In this document: one piece after another, positions 24,073 to 36,699 of the stretch
How the letters are laid out: each line of letters starts with the position of its first letter
Position numbering within the stretch: the stretch's first letter is position 1
NCBI GenBank assembly: GCA_964270895.1
Contig: OZ185444.1
Reading direction: 5' to 3' (one strand)
Origin: Podarcis filfolensis
Lineage: Eukaryota
Length of the DNA stretch: 64,000 bases
Made by a program: the position numbers and the translations under genes
Notes under the pieces: generated by a model
Told to the model about the DNA's origin: nothing
What the model saw: the letters and a program-made list of their open reading frames with translations, nothing else
Databases searched by the model: none

Positions 24073-24610
24073 TTGTTATCTGGTTTTTACAAAGCCCAAT
24101 GTTTCCTTTATGCAAACTTATATTGAATGAATTATTCATTTTTTATTTTAAAAAAATTCTCCCCATTTCTGCACAGTTCTGTAAAATAGTTTTTAATAAC
24201 AAATCTACGAATTTAATTGTTGACTAACTTTTTCTCCACAGTAGCAAATGCTACAGAAAGATAGCTAAGTTTCAGTAGCTGCCAGTGTGATTGGGTACCC
24301 TCCCAACACGTGTCACAACAGCTTACATAGGTGGAGCAGGGCAGGGCAGCAGCAAGGCTAAGGTTGCGTGGACGCACACTTTGTCACAACAGTGCCTCAT
24401 CCCAGGCCCTCTGAGGTGATCTGCAGTGATACCAATGCCAGGAGGGCAGTTCTGCAGCTCTGCCTCACCACACTGGCCACTACTGGGTAGTTTTACTAAC
24501 GAAACATTTAAAACGTGACTTTGTCCAGGCAGCTCTCCCAGGAAACAAAGCATAGATCACACTCGCACCATGCATTTAAAGCATTTATACCGCTTTAACA
24601 GTTGCAGAGC

Positions 24611-24950
24611 TACTACTACTACTACTACTAATAAATTTTATTTATATCCCGCCCTCCCAGCCGAAGCCGGGCTCAGGGCAGCTAACAATAATAAAATAGT
24701 ACAACATTCTAAAATCATTTCATTATAAAATTAATTCATATGAAATTGATGGCAACCATTAGGCTAAAGTTCTGTGAAGATTGCCAAAGGAGGGAGTCAG
24801 GCTGTGCCCTGGCCAAAGGCCTGGTGGAACAGCTCTGTCTTGCAGGCCCTGCGGAAAGATGTCAAGTCCCGCAGGGCCCTAGTCTCTTGTGACAGAGCGT
24901 TCCACCAGATTGGAGCCACAGCCGAAAAAGCCCTGGCTCTAGTTGACTAC
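24611..24950 (-). mobile_element. L2-clade LINE 3' end with (TAG)n/AT tail
   Basis: 3'UTR ends ctgagcccggcttcggctgggagggcgggatataaa on the minus strand. Upstream coding remnant reads RAFSAVAPIWWNAL. Tail shared with the 29275 fragment. Confidence 0.8.
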
Positions 24951-25013
24951 CCCCAGAACCCTGAAAAAATATGGTTCCCATGATTCCTTGGATAACCAGT
25001 TACTTTAAATATA

Positions 25014-25517
25014 TGCAATTAATCCAGAATGTGGCAGCTAGACTGGTGACTGGGAGTGGCCGCCAGGACCACATAACACCGGTCCTGAGAGATCTGCACT
25101 GGCTCCCAGTACGTTTTTGAGCACAATTCAAAGTGTTGGTGCTGACCTTTAAAGCCCTAAACGGCCTCGGTCCTGTATACCTGAAGGAGCGTCTCTACCC
25201 CCATCATTCAGCCCGAACACTGAGATCCAGCACCGAGGGCCTTCTGGCGGCTCCCTCATTGCAAGAAGTGAGGTTACAGGGAACCAGACAGAGGGCCTTC
25301 TCGGTAGTGGCGCCCGCCCTGTGGAACACCCTCCCTTCAGATGTGAAGGAAATAAGCAGCTATCTTCTCTTTAAAAGACATTTGAAGGCAGCCCTGTTTA
25401 GGGAAGTTTTTAATATTTGATGCTGTATTGTTTTTAACACTTGATTGGAAGCTGCCCAGAGTGGCTGGGGAAACTCAGCCAGATGGGCGGGGTATAAATA
25501 ATAAATTATTATTATTA
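25014..25517 (+). mobile_element. L2-clade LINE 3' end
   Basis: Encodes QLIQNVAARLVTGSGRQDHITPVLRDLHWLPVRF*AQFKVLVLTFKALNGLGPVYLKERL...RAFSVVAPALWNTLP..., followed by an (att)n tail. Confidence 0.9.
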
Positions 25518-26514
25518 TGATATGGTGTGGATGGGACAATAGTTGGACACCAGGAAGAAAGCTACAGAGAAGTTGTATTTCTTGCGAGGGGAGTATCCTG
25601 TGTCCCCATATGCTGAATAGGAAAGTCCATGTTCTCATTTCACTACTGACATGTTTATGATGTATCATGACAATGTAGCATTATTATTAACAATTACTGT
25701 TCTTTAATGTGAGTATCTCATAAACAATGTTCTGCCAGATCTTTCTCTTCTGCAAACTGGCTAAACTTCACTGAATTTTATAGGGTTAGGCCAGACGATC
25801 CCAAGTTATTCAAGGAAATGTATTTATTTATCTGACATTAGTCCAAGTCAATGATTAAAGAAAACAGAGCCTTTTTGTTTTAAGAATCCACAAAGGAAGA
25901 CTCTAGCATGAGACTAAAATGAAATGTTAGCAGCATGTGGTAGACTTATTGTGCTGGTAAGAATGGGGGGAAAGTTGCTTTTAACTATATTTTGCAATTC
26001 AAAGCATATCCCTGCTAACTTTTTGATATTAATTAAAATAGTCTGTTGATGCGTCTTTGGAAAAGTTTCAGATCATGCAGCTTTTAGGAGAAAAATATGT
26101 CTTCTTGAGTTGTGGAAGTACAAAGAAAAAGGGAAAAAAGTTCTACTTGTTTAGATTAGTCTCACAAATGACAGGATTAGACAATGTGACAGTCGTAAGC
26201 CAACTTCCATTTAGATCTGGTATACACATGTGTGTACAGCATTTTTGGACACCTGATGACAGGTGAATGCATGAACTGACTCCATTGAAAAAGTATTACT
26301 ATTGAGGTGGTCTGATACAGCACATCCTCTCATATGGCATAATTGGAGAAGAAGTAATAAAGAGGCATGGATGAACAAGCCCTGAAATATTTCTTTTAGC
26401 ACAGGGATGAGAAACTTGTAGACCTCCAGAGACCATAGGCCATGTTCATCAGATCTGGCAACAGCTGGTGGACCACAGTTTCCCCATCAATTCTTTAGTA
26501 CCTCGACATCTGTA

Positions 26515-26740
26515 CAGTGGTACCTCAGGTTAAGTACTTAATTCATTCCGGAGGTCCGTTCTTAACCTGAAACTGTTCTTAACCTGAAGCACCACTTTAG
26601 CTAATGGGGCCTCCTGCTGCTGCCACGCCGCCGGAGCACAATTTCCTTTCTCATGCTGAAGCAAAGTTCTTAACCTGAGGTACTATTTCTGGGTTAGCGG
26701 AGTCTGTAACCTGAAGTGTATGTAACCCGAGGTACCACTG
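26515..26740. mobile_element. Tc1/mariner (Tigger-like) MITE
   Basis: Termini cagtggtacctcaggtt...aacccgaggtaccactg, TA-flanked. Same family as 18204 and 34497. Confidence 0.93.
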
Positions 26741-28180
26741 TATATGCATGCAGACCATGTACCCTTGTAAACATATATTCATATACACCACTTTACTCAC
26801 AGAAATAAATTTATATACTGATTTTGTTTCTTGTTTTGCATCATTTGCTCAATGAAATTTAAGCCTGGAAAGAAGCAGAAGAGAATAATATGTTTAAGAA
26901 CACTTTGTGACAGAGAAAGGAAATAGATACTGCTAATCAACATGAGAAATACAGGTTCGTTAATTATCATGGTACTAATCAAAGTTCTTGATCAGCTGAG
27001 ATATCATAATGGTAAGTGTGGAAAGTATTGTTGAGCATTTAATCATTTCCAGGTTAAGCTTTGCAGCAAATTAAACAATTTGAGTGTCGGGTATTTTGCA
27101 CAGTCTTCAAAATATGCTATTTCCATCACAACATTGCATTCTAAGGGTTTTTGGAAAAGTCACTATGTGGCCAGGGATAAACAAATATTTCGGACCATCC
27201 TTAACTGGTCTGAAATATCAGTAAAAAGATACATGGACCACATTGGGATTAGGGTTGTACCAAATCAAAAGGACCATTTCTCAGCAGTTTCACCTACCTA
27301 AATGAACTGTTTGTCTGTATTTCGGAAGTGAGGCAAAAATGTTTATGGGGCAAGAACAAGAGCAGAAGCTGTTTTGTTTTCTCCAGAAAGCCCTGTTCTG
27401 AGGTGGTTTTTCAATTTTGGGCAATTCAAAATGGCTGCCAATATTCAGCTGCCTCCTTTGCCAGTCTTTGGAGGGCAGTAATGTTTAACATTAACACTTT
27501 TACTGAATGAGTAGATTGTTCCTTTTGCAGCCTGTTTTGTTTCAGATGGGTAGAGCCTTCAAAGAAAGGACAGCGGTATTGTGCTTAAGAAGCTGCGGGG
27601 GCCACCTATTTTATAAGACCATTTCTCCTCAAATTTCTGGGTCAGTTTCACAAATGTTGGTAAAATCTTATCCCCTGTTTTGATGATTGGGTGAAGTAAG
27701 TGTTGTGGTCATGAGGGAAAACAGTGGAGGGGCAGTCTTTCTGATATACAGTGTCCAGCTGCACAAGCTTCATACATCAAAACCAGGACAACTGAGAGCC
27801 ATTGCAAACCCTGATGGACTGGTGTAGGAATTCTCCAGCAGCCTCTGACCAAACTGTTGCCAGCTGAGTCTGAACGAGCCTATCACAGCTACAGTTCTTC
27901 AGCCCCACAGTTTAACCTAGCAATGGGAAGAAGAGATGATATGCATGCTTTGTGTTGAAGAAAAAACATTTGCTTTAAGCAGCCTTGATTTATGGGGGTT
28001 TTAGAGAAATAAATGCATTATTTAACTGCCTGAAAGGTCAGCATCAAACTACAGACTCAGATTTGTCATAATTGTTGCCCTTCTGTGGCAAATCAGCTGG
28101 CAATTTATAACTCTCAGCTGGCTTTAGTTGTCAAAGAATGGAAATCTCATTTTAGATACACTGTGTGTGCTTGTTTTACC

Positions 28181-28329
28181 CAGTACTTTTTTTTTCTTTA
28201 AAAAAAATGTTTAGGGGTACTCTCATTTTCCTACTCATATTGAAATACTGCCCCTCAATGAGGCCAAACGTAGATTCACAAAATGTTTAGGGGTATGTGT
28301 ACCCCTGCGTACCCCCAGAAAAAACACTG
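28181..28329. mobile_element. hAT MITE
   Basis: Termini cagtact...aacactg. Perfect 8-bp TSD gttttacc at 28173-28180 and 28330-28337. Confidence 0.9.
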
Positions 28330-28971
28330 GTTTTACCTCAGACAATCCTGCCTTTATGTCACTGTTCATATAGATTGCCCACCTCTCCCTTTTCTCCAGA
28401 ATCTTCTAGGAGCACTGCTGCTACTTGTCACAGTGTTGAGTGGATAAAGGCAAGCCTCTTAAACCCTTTGAGAGTAGCTGCTATTCTTGCAAACTTGAAT
28501 GTACCAAACTTGAGGGCCCTCAATGTAATTTTGTCTGTGTTCAGAAGCCGCAATAATAAAGCCACTCTATAGCAAGTCACATCATTGGTTCATCTAGCAG
28601 AACATTGAATATACTTACTTGCAGCATCTCTCCAGGGTTCATCCAGGAGTTTTCCCCAGAAAGCTTATTTGTTGGACCAATGCACTGACTCCCTCTCCCT
28701 CTATATATATGGTGACTGAGACTGTCAGTGGCTTCAGATGTTATATAGAAACCAGGAGGGTATGACTAACTCATGTTTCTGCTTTTTTCCACTTCTGGTG
28801 TAATGTCCAAAGAAGATGCTGAGATCTGTGAATTGCTGATACCTCTGGTTAGGGAAAGAGGAGATAATTTGCTTAACATTTTTAAAGCAGAATTGTCACA
28901 GTTACACCTAATACTCATTTTGCATTTGTAATAAACCAATCTTTTACTGTGCCACGACTCACACTTTCCCA

Positions 28972-29262
28972 CCCCTTGCTTACAGATAGCAGGCAGGCAC
29001 TTTTCACGGTACTCTTTTCGGCATCTGCTGAAAACATTTTTGTTTAGACAAGCCTATGCAGATATGTAGAACGTTGAGATGCATTTTAATCTGAGTTTTG
29101 CTTATCATTGATTTCCATCATTTATGAATGTTTTAAATAATGGTTTTTACTGATGATTTCATTGCTTTATTCTTTTTGTAAAGCATTCTGAGGTTGTTTT
29201 ATTTGTTTTTACAATCAAGCAGTATATAAATGTTAATAAATAAATAAATAAAAACTAACTAA
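28972..29262 (+). mobile_element. Older L2-clade 3' end with (aaat)n tail
   Basis: ttttcggcatctgctgaaaacatttttgtttagacaagcct (FRHLLKTFLFRQA motif), then a T-rich UTR and tail. Confidence 0.7.
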
Positions 29263-29274
29263 ATAATAATATTT

Positions 29275-29397
29275 TTCTTTATTTATATCCCGCCCTCCCC
29301 AGCCGAAGCTGGGCTCAGAGCGGTTAACAACAGTAAAATGATACAACATTCTAAAATCATTTCATTCTAAAATCAGTTCAAATCAGATTAATGGCTA
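29275..29397 (-). mobile_element. L2 3' tail fragment, same family as 24611
   Basis: tttatatcccgccctccccagccgaagctgggctcag...acaacattctaaaatcatttcatt is nearly identical to 24640-24730. Confidence 0.85.
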
Positions 29398-29733
29398 ATA
29401 ATAAAATAAATAAAACCAAAACGAACCAACCTAATTATCTAATCCTGGACTCATATGCAGATTAGGATACAGTTGTCAATGGGATTGTGCACTTCTCTGG
29501 ATTTGGCAATGACATTTTGTTTGAAAAATGTGCACAAAATATTTATTTTATGGGGAATTTACAAAAATTCATATATTAGAAGAAGGTCGGCAAAATGGGC
29601 ATAATTTGAATGGTTTTTTGTGTGTTTTAAACAATCCACAAAAATGGGAATGAACAGACCTGTGAATGAGTGCACATGAAACTGATGCAGAATGGAAATA
29701 AATTCATTCCCACTTCTGATGCCCATCAATGTT

Positions 29734-29792
29734 ACCATGTTCACGGAAGACAATCTTACTCAGCTATGAGTGATCACCAAAGAAGAGAGAAG
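29734..29792 (+). mobile_element. Very short 3'UTR remnant of the RTE family at 36700
   Basis: accatgttcacggaagacaatcttactcagctatgagtgatcaccaaagaagag aligns with 37068-37125. Confidence 0.75.
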
Positions 29793-32474
29793 ATAGGAGC
29801 ACACATGACTTCATACTTTAGATGGGTCACAGTTGACGCATAAGTGTATCACACATTTATTGTCCCTCTTCAGTGTAACATTAAAAGCCACAATTTGCCT
29901 CGTTTCTATTCCTTGTCAGTTAACTCCAACATAGGCGTCTACATAGCACTGTTGAATGCTCAAATTTGACTGGGAAATTTAAAAATCTTTGCACAGTTCT
30001 GGCATCTTCCAGGACACCTCCTACATTTTCAATATAGAGGTTATGGAAAGGACTGGGGCCATACGATCAAAGTAAGCTATTCCACAAAAGAAATAATAGT
30101 TACAGCTTCCCCCTGAGTCCAAGAAAATGTTCCAGGGTTTTGCAAAAACGAAACAAAACAAAATGGGTGTGGTGATAGTTCAGATTACTTTCAGGCATCT
30201 GCAAATTGAATGAACAGTGCTTTCTCAGAAGATCACTCCCAGCATCGCTGACCTTGGAGGCATTACAGAGATCATATTCTCTTACTCAGAATGTACTCTG
30301 GATGTGCAATGGAAAGCATATTAGGAAGAGAAGGCCCACCCACTTAGCAAGGTGGATCAGGGAAAACTAAGAAAAATCTCTCCACATACGCTTTTGGTTA
30401 TTGTCTTAAAAACAAAAACCAAAAAAACACCCCCCAACCCCCTTCCTGACTCTAAAATATTGTTTGGTTATCCATTGCGAGCGTTAGTGGGACAATTGAA
30501 TTTGTCATGCTTGGAGTTAATGAAGGAGCCTTGGCTTAGACAGATGTGTCACTGGCATACAATTGACCTTTGGTTCATTTTAATAGTCCCGGGAGGGAAG
30601 ATGAAATGTTGATGCTGTTAAAACTGTTTCACAGCTCTTAGGCTTGTGTCTTTACAGTTATACAGTTTCACAATGTAACTAAACTCTTGGTCATGGCCCA
30701 CAAAATGGAAATCCCTTGAGCTGAAGCAGACAACAACTACAAGTGGTGAAACATAATCCCACTTCCAAAACTGTCATTAAAAACATTTCGACCTTGATTT
30801 ATGCTTGATTCTCTCCCCCCCCCCAATGTATGTATGACTTCTTTATTTACATACAGATATATTAAAAGCAGCATCAAAGTCGTGCCTGCAGGCCATGTAT
30901 AAAATTTTAAAACCGAAGGCAGACAAGAATAAACGAAATCCATGTGTATCTTTGTCAGTCACTGCCAGGACACTGAGGAAATGTAATTTTTTTTTTCTTT
31001 TCTGGAGGAAATTTGCTTTAGAAATCTGGAATGGCTTGATCAAAAAAGTGTCCTGCAACTATGGTAAAAGATCTACCAAGCAGAGGAACTCCCTTGCACT
31101 CCTCATCAGACACAGCTAAATCCAAGACAGAACTCTAAACTAGTTTCCTACAGCATATATAAATAAATTGTGTGGTAGATGGCACAGCAACATTATATTT
31201 CGAGGATGTGATCCTATACACAGTTACCCTGGGAATAAATCCCACTGAACTCAATGGGTCTTGCTTCAGAATATAAGTGTATGGAACTGCAATGTTAATA
31301 CAGTTTCCCCTATAGCCAGTTCTCCAATTTTCTGCACTTCAGAAGTCAGGCCAAAGTTTTAGAAACATGCGTCATGACAGCAACGCTGTAGCTGACAAGG
31401 AAAAAGCCAGAAGTCTGGCAATAATCCAAATCTGACAATTCAAAGTCACCGTTGTTCCTTCTCTACGGGTAGTATTTTTATAGGAAACACTGAGGAGGAG
31501 GGAAAAGGACAATTTCGCACTGTGCCTCAAGGCCATATCCTTAACATAGACATATGCCTATAAACTAACCTATAGCAAAACTGCTTGCTCACCCCCTGTT
31601 AAGAATCCACTATTTTTTGGAAGAGTTTATACTTATAAGCGTAACTACTGAATCAATATTACTGTTTAGATGACTGGCTTTTGACAGGAATCAGGAATTA
31701 AAAGGAAATGCCTTAATAAAGTCTTCACTGATGACTTTCTTCATCATGAGATCATGATGCCTTTCTGTTTTTCTTTAAAAAGTACTTTATTTAGACATGA
31801 ACGACCACTCAGAAGGAAAAGGCGCTGTCATATTAATTTCCCCACAAAGCAAAGCAATAGCAAAGTTGTAATAAACCGTTCTTCATGAAACAATGCTTAA
31901 TTCATATAGTGTAAACCTGTTGGTGCTGATTCATATCAGCAGTTTTACAGTTTATTATATTTAAATTAGTTTAAATAGATATATAGAGGGTTGTCATAAA
32001 TGGCTCTTATGACCATTACATAGATAATATTTTATTACAGGGGCGTTCTCTTGCAGTCACTCCAGGTCTGAAAAATAGGTTGAAATGTGTTAATTTATTA
32101 GTATATAACACACATATGTTGAGAACTGCACAGCTGCATATCATGGAAGCCTTATTTTAACGGCAAGCAGAGCATTAATATCGTCTGAGCTGGTGGAGTT
32201 TTGCACTCAACGCTCTATGTGGAGATGTTAATTTCAAGTCTAGCTCCAAAATTTTCCTCAGCTGGGAGTAACGGAAGGAGCACAGTTGGCTTTGTAGTGT
32301 GGCTCCACCTCATCCACCTCAGTCACATTTTTGGACAGGCAACCACCTACCCGTCCTCACAGTTTTTCCAGCTGCCAATTAAAATTTTGGGCCATTTCCT
32401 CACCTTAGATCCTGATCAGCCTTAGACTATTTAGGTTCTCCTCCCTCTTACAGCACATTGGTCCGGCTTGGTGG

Positions 32475-32989
32475 CATAGTTGTCAACCGTCCCTTATTTG
32501 GCGGGAAACTCCCTTATCCCAGTGCCGTGTCCCGCTGCTGTCCATTATTGATGATGTCCCTTAAATTTCCCGGGTTTCAAAGGAAGCAGCTCCTCTCCCT
32601 GCCGGCCAGGGAGGAGGGAGGCTCCAACTGGGTTGCTTGGCTGTGTTGCTCACCCAATAAGGAGTCTAAGAATGACTGGGGGGGTGGAGCTTGCATGCCT
32701 TGTGCCGATCAAATTGGCTGCATTGCCTGGGGACTCGCCTTTGCTCAGCACCTCCCAGCAGAGAGGTGACGGTGGTTTTCCTTGCTGCATCCCCTTTGCC
32801 AGGTTGCTGCGCTGTGGGAACCACCGCTTGAGGCTTCGTTTGGCTGCTGGCTAGGCTTTCTGCCTTTGGCTCGGAGGGGCTCAGAAGTTGAACATACCTG
32901 TACCCGGAAAATCCCTTATTTTGGCTGCTGATCCCTTATTTTCGAGGCTGCTGGTCCCTTATTTTTAATTCTGTAAGTTGACAGCTATG
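32475..32989. mobile_element. Non-autonomous hAT element, 515 bp
   Basis: TIRs catagttgtcaac/gttgacagctatg and subterminal tcccttat repeats. Perfect 8-bp TSD cttggtgg at 32467-32474 and 32990-32997. Confidence 0.92.
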
Positions 32990-33478
32990 CTTGGTGGTGG
33001 TTAGTCAAAGTATTGGGTTCTTGCATCTTACTTGGCAGATACAATGCAGGATTAGGGTGGAAAGGGAGCAAAGAGAAAAGAATTGTTGAGCACCTTGAAG
33101 TTCCTTCTGGGGGATGAAGAGTGGGCTGTTCCTCATACCTACCTATCAATGCCATGGGGCTCAAGGGTGGGGACAGGAGAGCTTTTTGAGGGTGGGTAAA
33201 CTCTACCCTTCTTGAGAGTAGGTCAACCCAATGTGAGAGTGCTGGAGGGGTGAAGGCAGTGGTGGACTTTGGGCTTTCAAATTTCAGTGGTGCGTTGTGA
33301 GATGCTAAAAATTGGCACCTCCACTTCTCGCCTTCTGTTCTAAGTCATGGTTGTGGCATCCAATGTGGGGGAACCGGTTGTGCCCCACCTTTGGTGGTGG
33401 TGAGGTGGCAAGAATCTCCTCAACACAGTTTATATACTAGCTAGGAAAGACTTGGAGTAAGGAATTAACTGCTCTGAG

Positions 33479-33553
33479 ACCGTGAGTTGAGGGAGCACAT
33501 TCCGTGAGTTGAGGGACCGTGAGTTGAGGGACCGTGAGTTGAGGGAGCACATT
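33479..33553 (+). repeat. Short tandem array, 4x ccgtgagttgaggga (units 1 and 4 extended by gcacatt), directly against a SINE head
   Basis: Units start at 33480, 33502, 33517 and 33532. Confidence 0.95.
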
Positions 33554-33800
33554 GAGAGCCAGTGTGGTGTAGTGGTTGAGAGCGGTAGACTCGTAATCTG
33601 GTGAACCGGGTTCGCTTCCCCGCTCCTCCACATGCAGCTGCTGGGTGACCTTGGGCTAGTCACACTTCTTTGAAGTCTCTCAGCCCCACTCACCTTACAG
33701 AGTGTTTGTTGTGGGGGAGGAAGGGAAAGGAGAATGTTAGCCGCTTTGAGACTCCTTTGGGTAGTGATAAAGCGGGATATCAAATCCAAACTCTTCTTCT
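33554..33800 (+). mobile_element. Squam3-type SINE (long lacertid form), full length
   Basis: gagagccagtgtggtgtagtgg (A box)...gggttcgcttccc (B box)...gggatatcaaatccaaactcttcttct. Confidence 0.92.
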
Positions 33801-34496
33801 AAAATTTGAGGTGCAGGAACAGCACTCCCATGCCTCTGATTTATAGGATCTCTCACTGTTTGGATTTTGTTCACAAAGAACCCGTTACCTGTTGGCAGGT
33901 CCTTAAAGTGTATTTAATAACATTTTGTTGCTATTTCAATCCCCATAATTTATCATGTCTCCTTTTTTCAGGGATGTAGATGGAATGGAATGCTTGTTTC
34001 TTCCAGAGCAAGTAAGTGTAGAAAATAATCACTGGAGCACCATAAATGTCCCTTATTTTTTTCCAGAATTATGATCTGGCAGCCAGAGATATGGATAGTA
34101 GGGCAATTGTATGTATTTGTGTGTGGGTGGAAAGTGTGCAAAATAATGATTACGTGTCACCGCTTTCTCTTCAGGCTCACTGCAGAATTTAAATCTGGTG
34201 GAATTAGCTGCATTTATGCATGCATTAACTGAAGCTGATATTAATACTACAGAGCACTAATATACCACATATCATGTACTCAAATCACAACACATACACT
34301 ATCTCTATAATGAATAGCGTAACCCTGAAAAATATGCCAGAAATGTTTTCGTCAAAGTGAAGACGAGGGAGGAGCAGTGACACTGAATAAAAACAATGGC
34401 TTGTGGCTTAACTAAGGTCAGCTACTGCATTTGCAGCTGGAGATTTCCTGGCTTATACCTCAAGCTCTTAGCTCCTATACGATGCAAAAGCAGATA

Positions 34497-34731
34497 CAGT
34501 GGTACCTGTACATACGCTTCAGGTTACATACGCTTCAGGTTACAGACTCTGCTAACCCAGAAATAGTACCTTGGGTTAAGAACTTTGCTTCAGGATGAGA
34601 ACAGAAATCGTGCTCCAGCGGCACGGCGGCAGGAGGCCCCCTTAGCTAAAGTGGTGCTTCAGGTTAAGAACAGTTTCAGGTTAAGAATGGACCTCCAGAA
34701 TGAATTAAGTACTTAACCCGAGGTACCACTG
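34497..34731. mobile_element. Tc1/mariner (Tigger-like) MITE
   Basis: Reverse orientation of the 26515 family, TA-flanked. Its right TA (34732-34733) is shared with the next element. Confidence 0.9.
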
Positions 34732-34733
34732 TA

Positions 34734-35409
34734 TAGTGGTACTTGGGTTCTCAAACACCTTGGTACTCAAACGCCTTGGTTCCCAAATGCCAAAAACCCG
34801 GAAGTACGTAAGTGTTCTGGTTTTCAAACGTTTTTCAGAAGCCAAACATCCGATGCAGCTGTCGGTTATTGTTTCCGGGGTGCCTGCACCAATCAGAAGC
34901 TGTGCCTTGGTTTTCGAACATTTCGGAAGTCAAACGGACTTCCAGAACAGATTAGGTTTGGCGCTTTTGTTTTTGCTATTTATTTCGTGTTTTTGTTTTT
35001 GAGGCTTTTTTGGTTAATTTGTTTTTGTGACTGTGTGGAACCCAGTTCAGCTACTGATTGATTAATTTGTGACTGCAGAAATGGATAAAAGCCCCCCACC
35101 CAAACAATGACTATCATCAGTGCAGGTAAGATTTTTTTTTAAAAAAAATGTATCATCTAAAATACTGTCTTATTTATTTTATTTTATAGTACAGGACATT
35201 GACTATTGCTTTCATTTTATGGATCAAGGGTCTCATTAGATAGTAAAATTCTTGTTAAATTGCTGTTTTAGGGGTTGTTTTTAAAAGTCTGGAACGGATT
35301 AATTTGTTTTGCATTACTTTCTATGGGAAAGCACGCCTTGGTTTTGAAACGCTTTGGTTTTGGAACAGATTTCCAGAACGGATTAAGTTTGAGAAACAAG
35401 TTACCAGTG
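34734..35409. mobile_element. Longer (676 bp) non-autonomous Tc1/mariner element
   Basis: Termini tagtggtacttgggtt...aagttaccagtg, followed by TA. Core is shared with the 5331/9376 MITEs. Confidence 0.85.
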
Positions 35410-36699
35410 TACATCAATTCAAATGGTAATCATAAACTTCAGAATGACTGTTGTAGCTGCCCATTGGTGCTGGCTTTTGGCTTGCAATTGGGGGGGAGGG
35501 GGAGCAATGTCGTGATGTTGCACACACAATGTTGCTACTGGATATTGAGAGGTTCCCTTATCAACTTTGGGTGGGGGGAGGCTCAAAGTGCATCCAATCC
35601 CGGGAACTGGATCCTCTCGACCCAACCTCCTTTCTCTTTTTCTTCCTCTTTTTCTATTTAGCATTTTTGAAGAAGTGGTGGAAAGCCCGAGGCCATCAAC
35701 CTGGACTCCAACTACCACCAGCCCCAGTCAAAATGACCAATTATCAGACATGATGGAGATTCTAGTGTGTGACATTTGGAGGGACACAGACTACACACAC
35801 CTGCTTTAAAGACTAGCTCTCTGGCACAATGTTTTCCTCCATGGAATGAGGAATGAAAAATTCATCTGTTTTGTTGGAAATTCCAAGGAATCAGAATTTA
35901 TAGGAATCTGGTGTTCTTCAGATCTCTACATCTCAAATTCAAGCATATATTTTTTTTAGTCCACTATAATATTTTCCACATGTTCCTGCCCTCCTTTCTG
36001 TGGGAAGTGTTCCAGAGAAATACCACTAAAATAAATGTCATGTTGAAGCTGGATCTAGGCCCATCTATATTCTAAGCTCAGAGTATTTAGATTTCCACTC
36101 AAGTTAATTTTAATGAGAAATAAAGTGAAGAATCTCTGGCCTTTGGACCTAATTAGGCCCACCAGACCTCAGAGTCATTTGGGGTGAACCACATTTTTTG
36201 GGTGAACCTTGTCATATTGCAGCCAAAATGTTTTACACCCACACACCCCTTTTTCTGCTGCCGTGCAACAGAAAAATATTCTTTTGCAGCTGGCCAGATC
36301 CCTTCTCAAACCCTGATCTATAGAATATTGTGCCTTATATTAGAAGTCAGTGGTGCAACTTTTAAGTGATTGATTGAGATTTTAGGTTCTGGTCCTCTTT
36401 TCAACACATCCTCCATCTGTTCATTGTCGCTGCTGATCTGTGATGTGCTGCTAGCAGACAGCAAAGAAACCAGCTCACTTAGGCACTTCACTAGGAGCAG
36501 GGGCAAAAGTTTAATTTGAGATAGTGTCAGTTATTGGTACTGAAACACCTATTATCATATGGCTGAGGTTAATCAGCGGCCAAGAAGACTTGTCATAAAT
36601 GAACATACAAACATTGTTACATTATGTCTGTAACATATATGTAGAGAGAGAGGTTATAATATAAAATACAACTCTTTGGCTTATTTGTTTGATAGTTGT

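Noticed and set aside
33479-33553. CRISPR-like repeat array (also considered for 59778-59839)
   Set aside because: This is vertebrate DNA, the units are adjacent without unique 25-45 nt spacers, and there are no cas genes.
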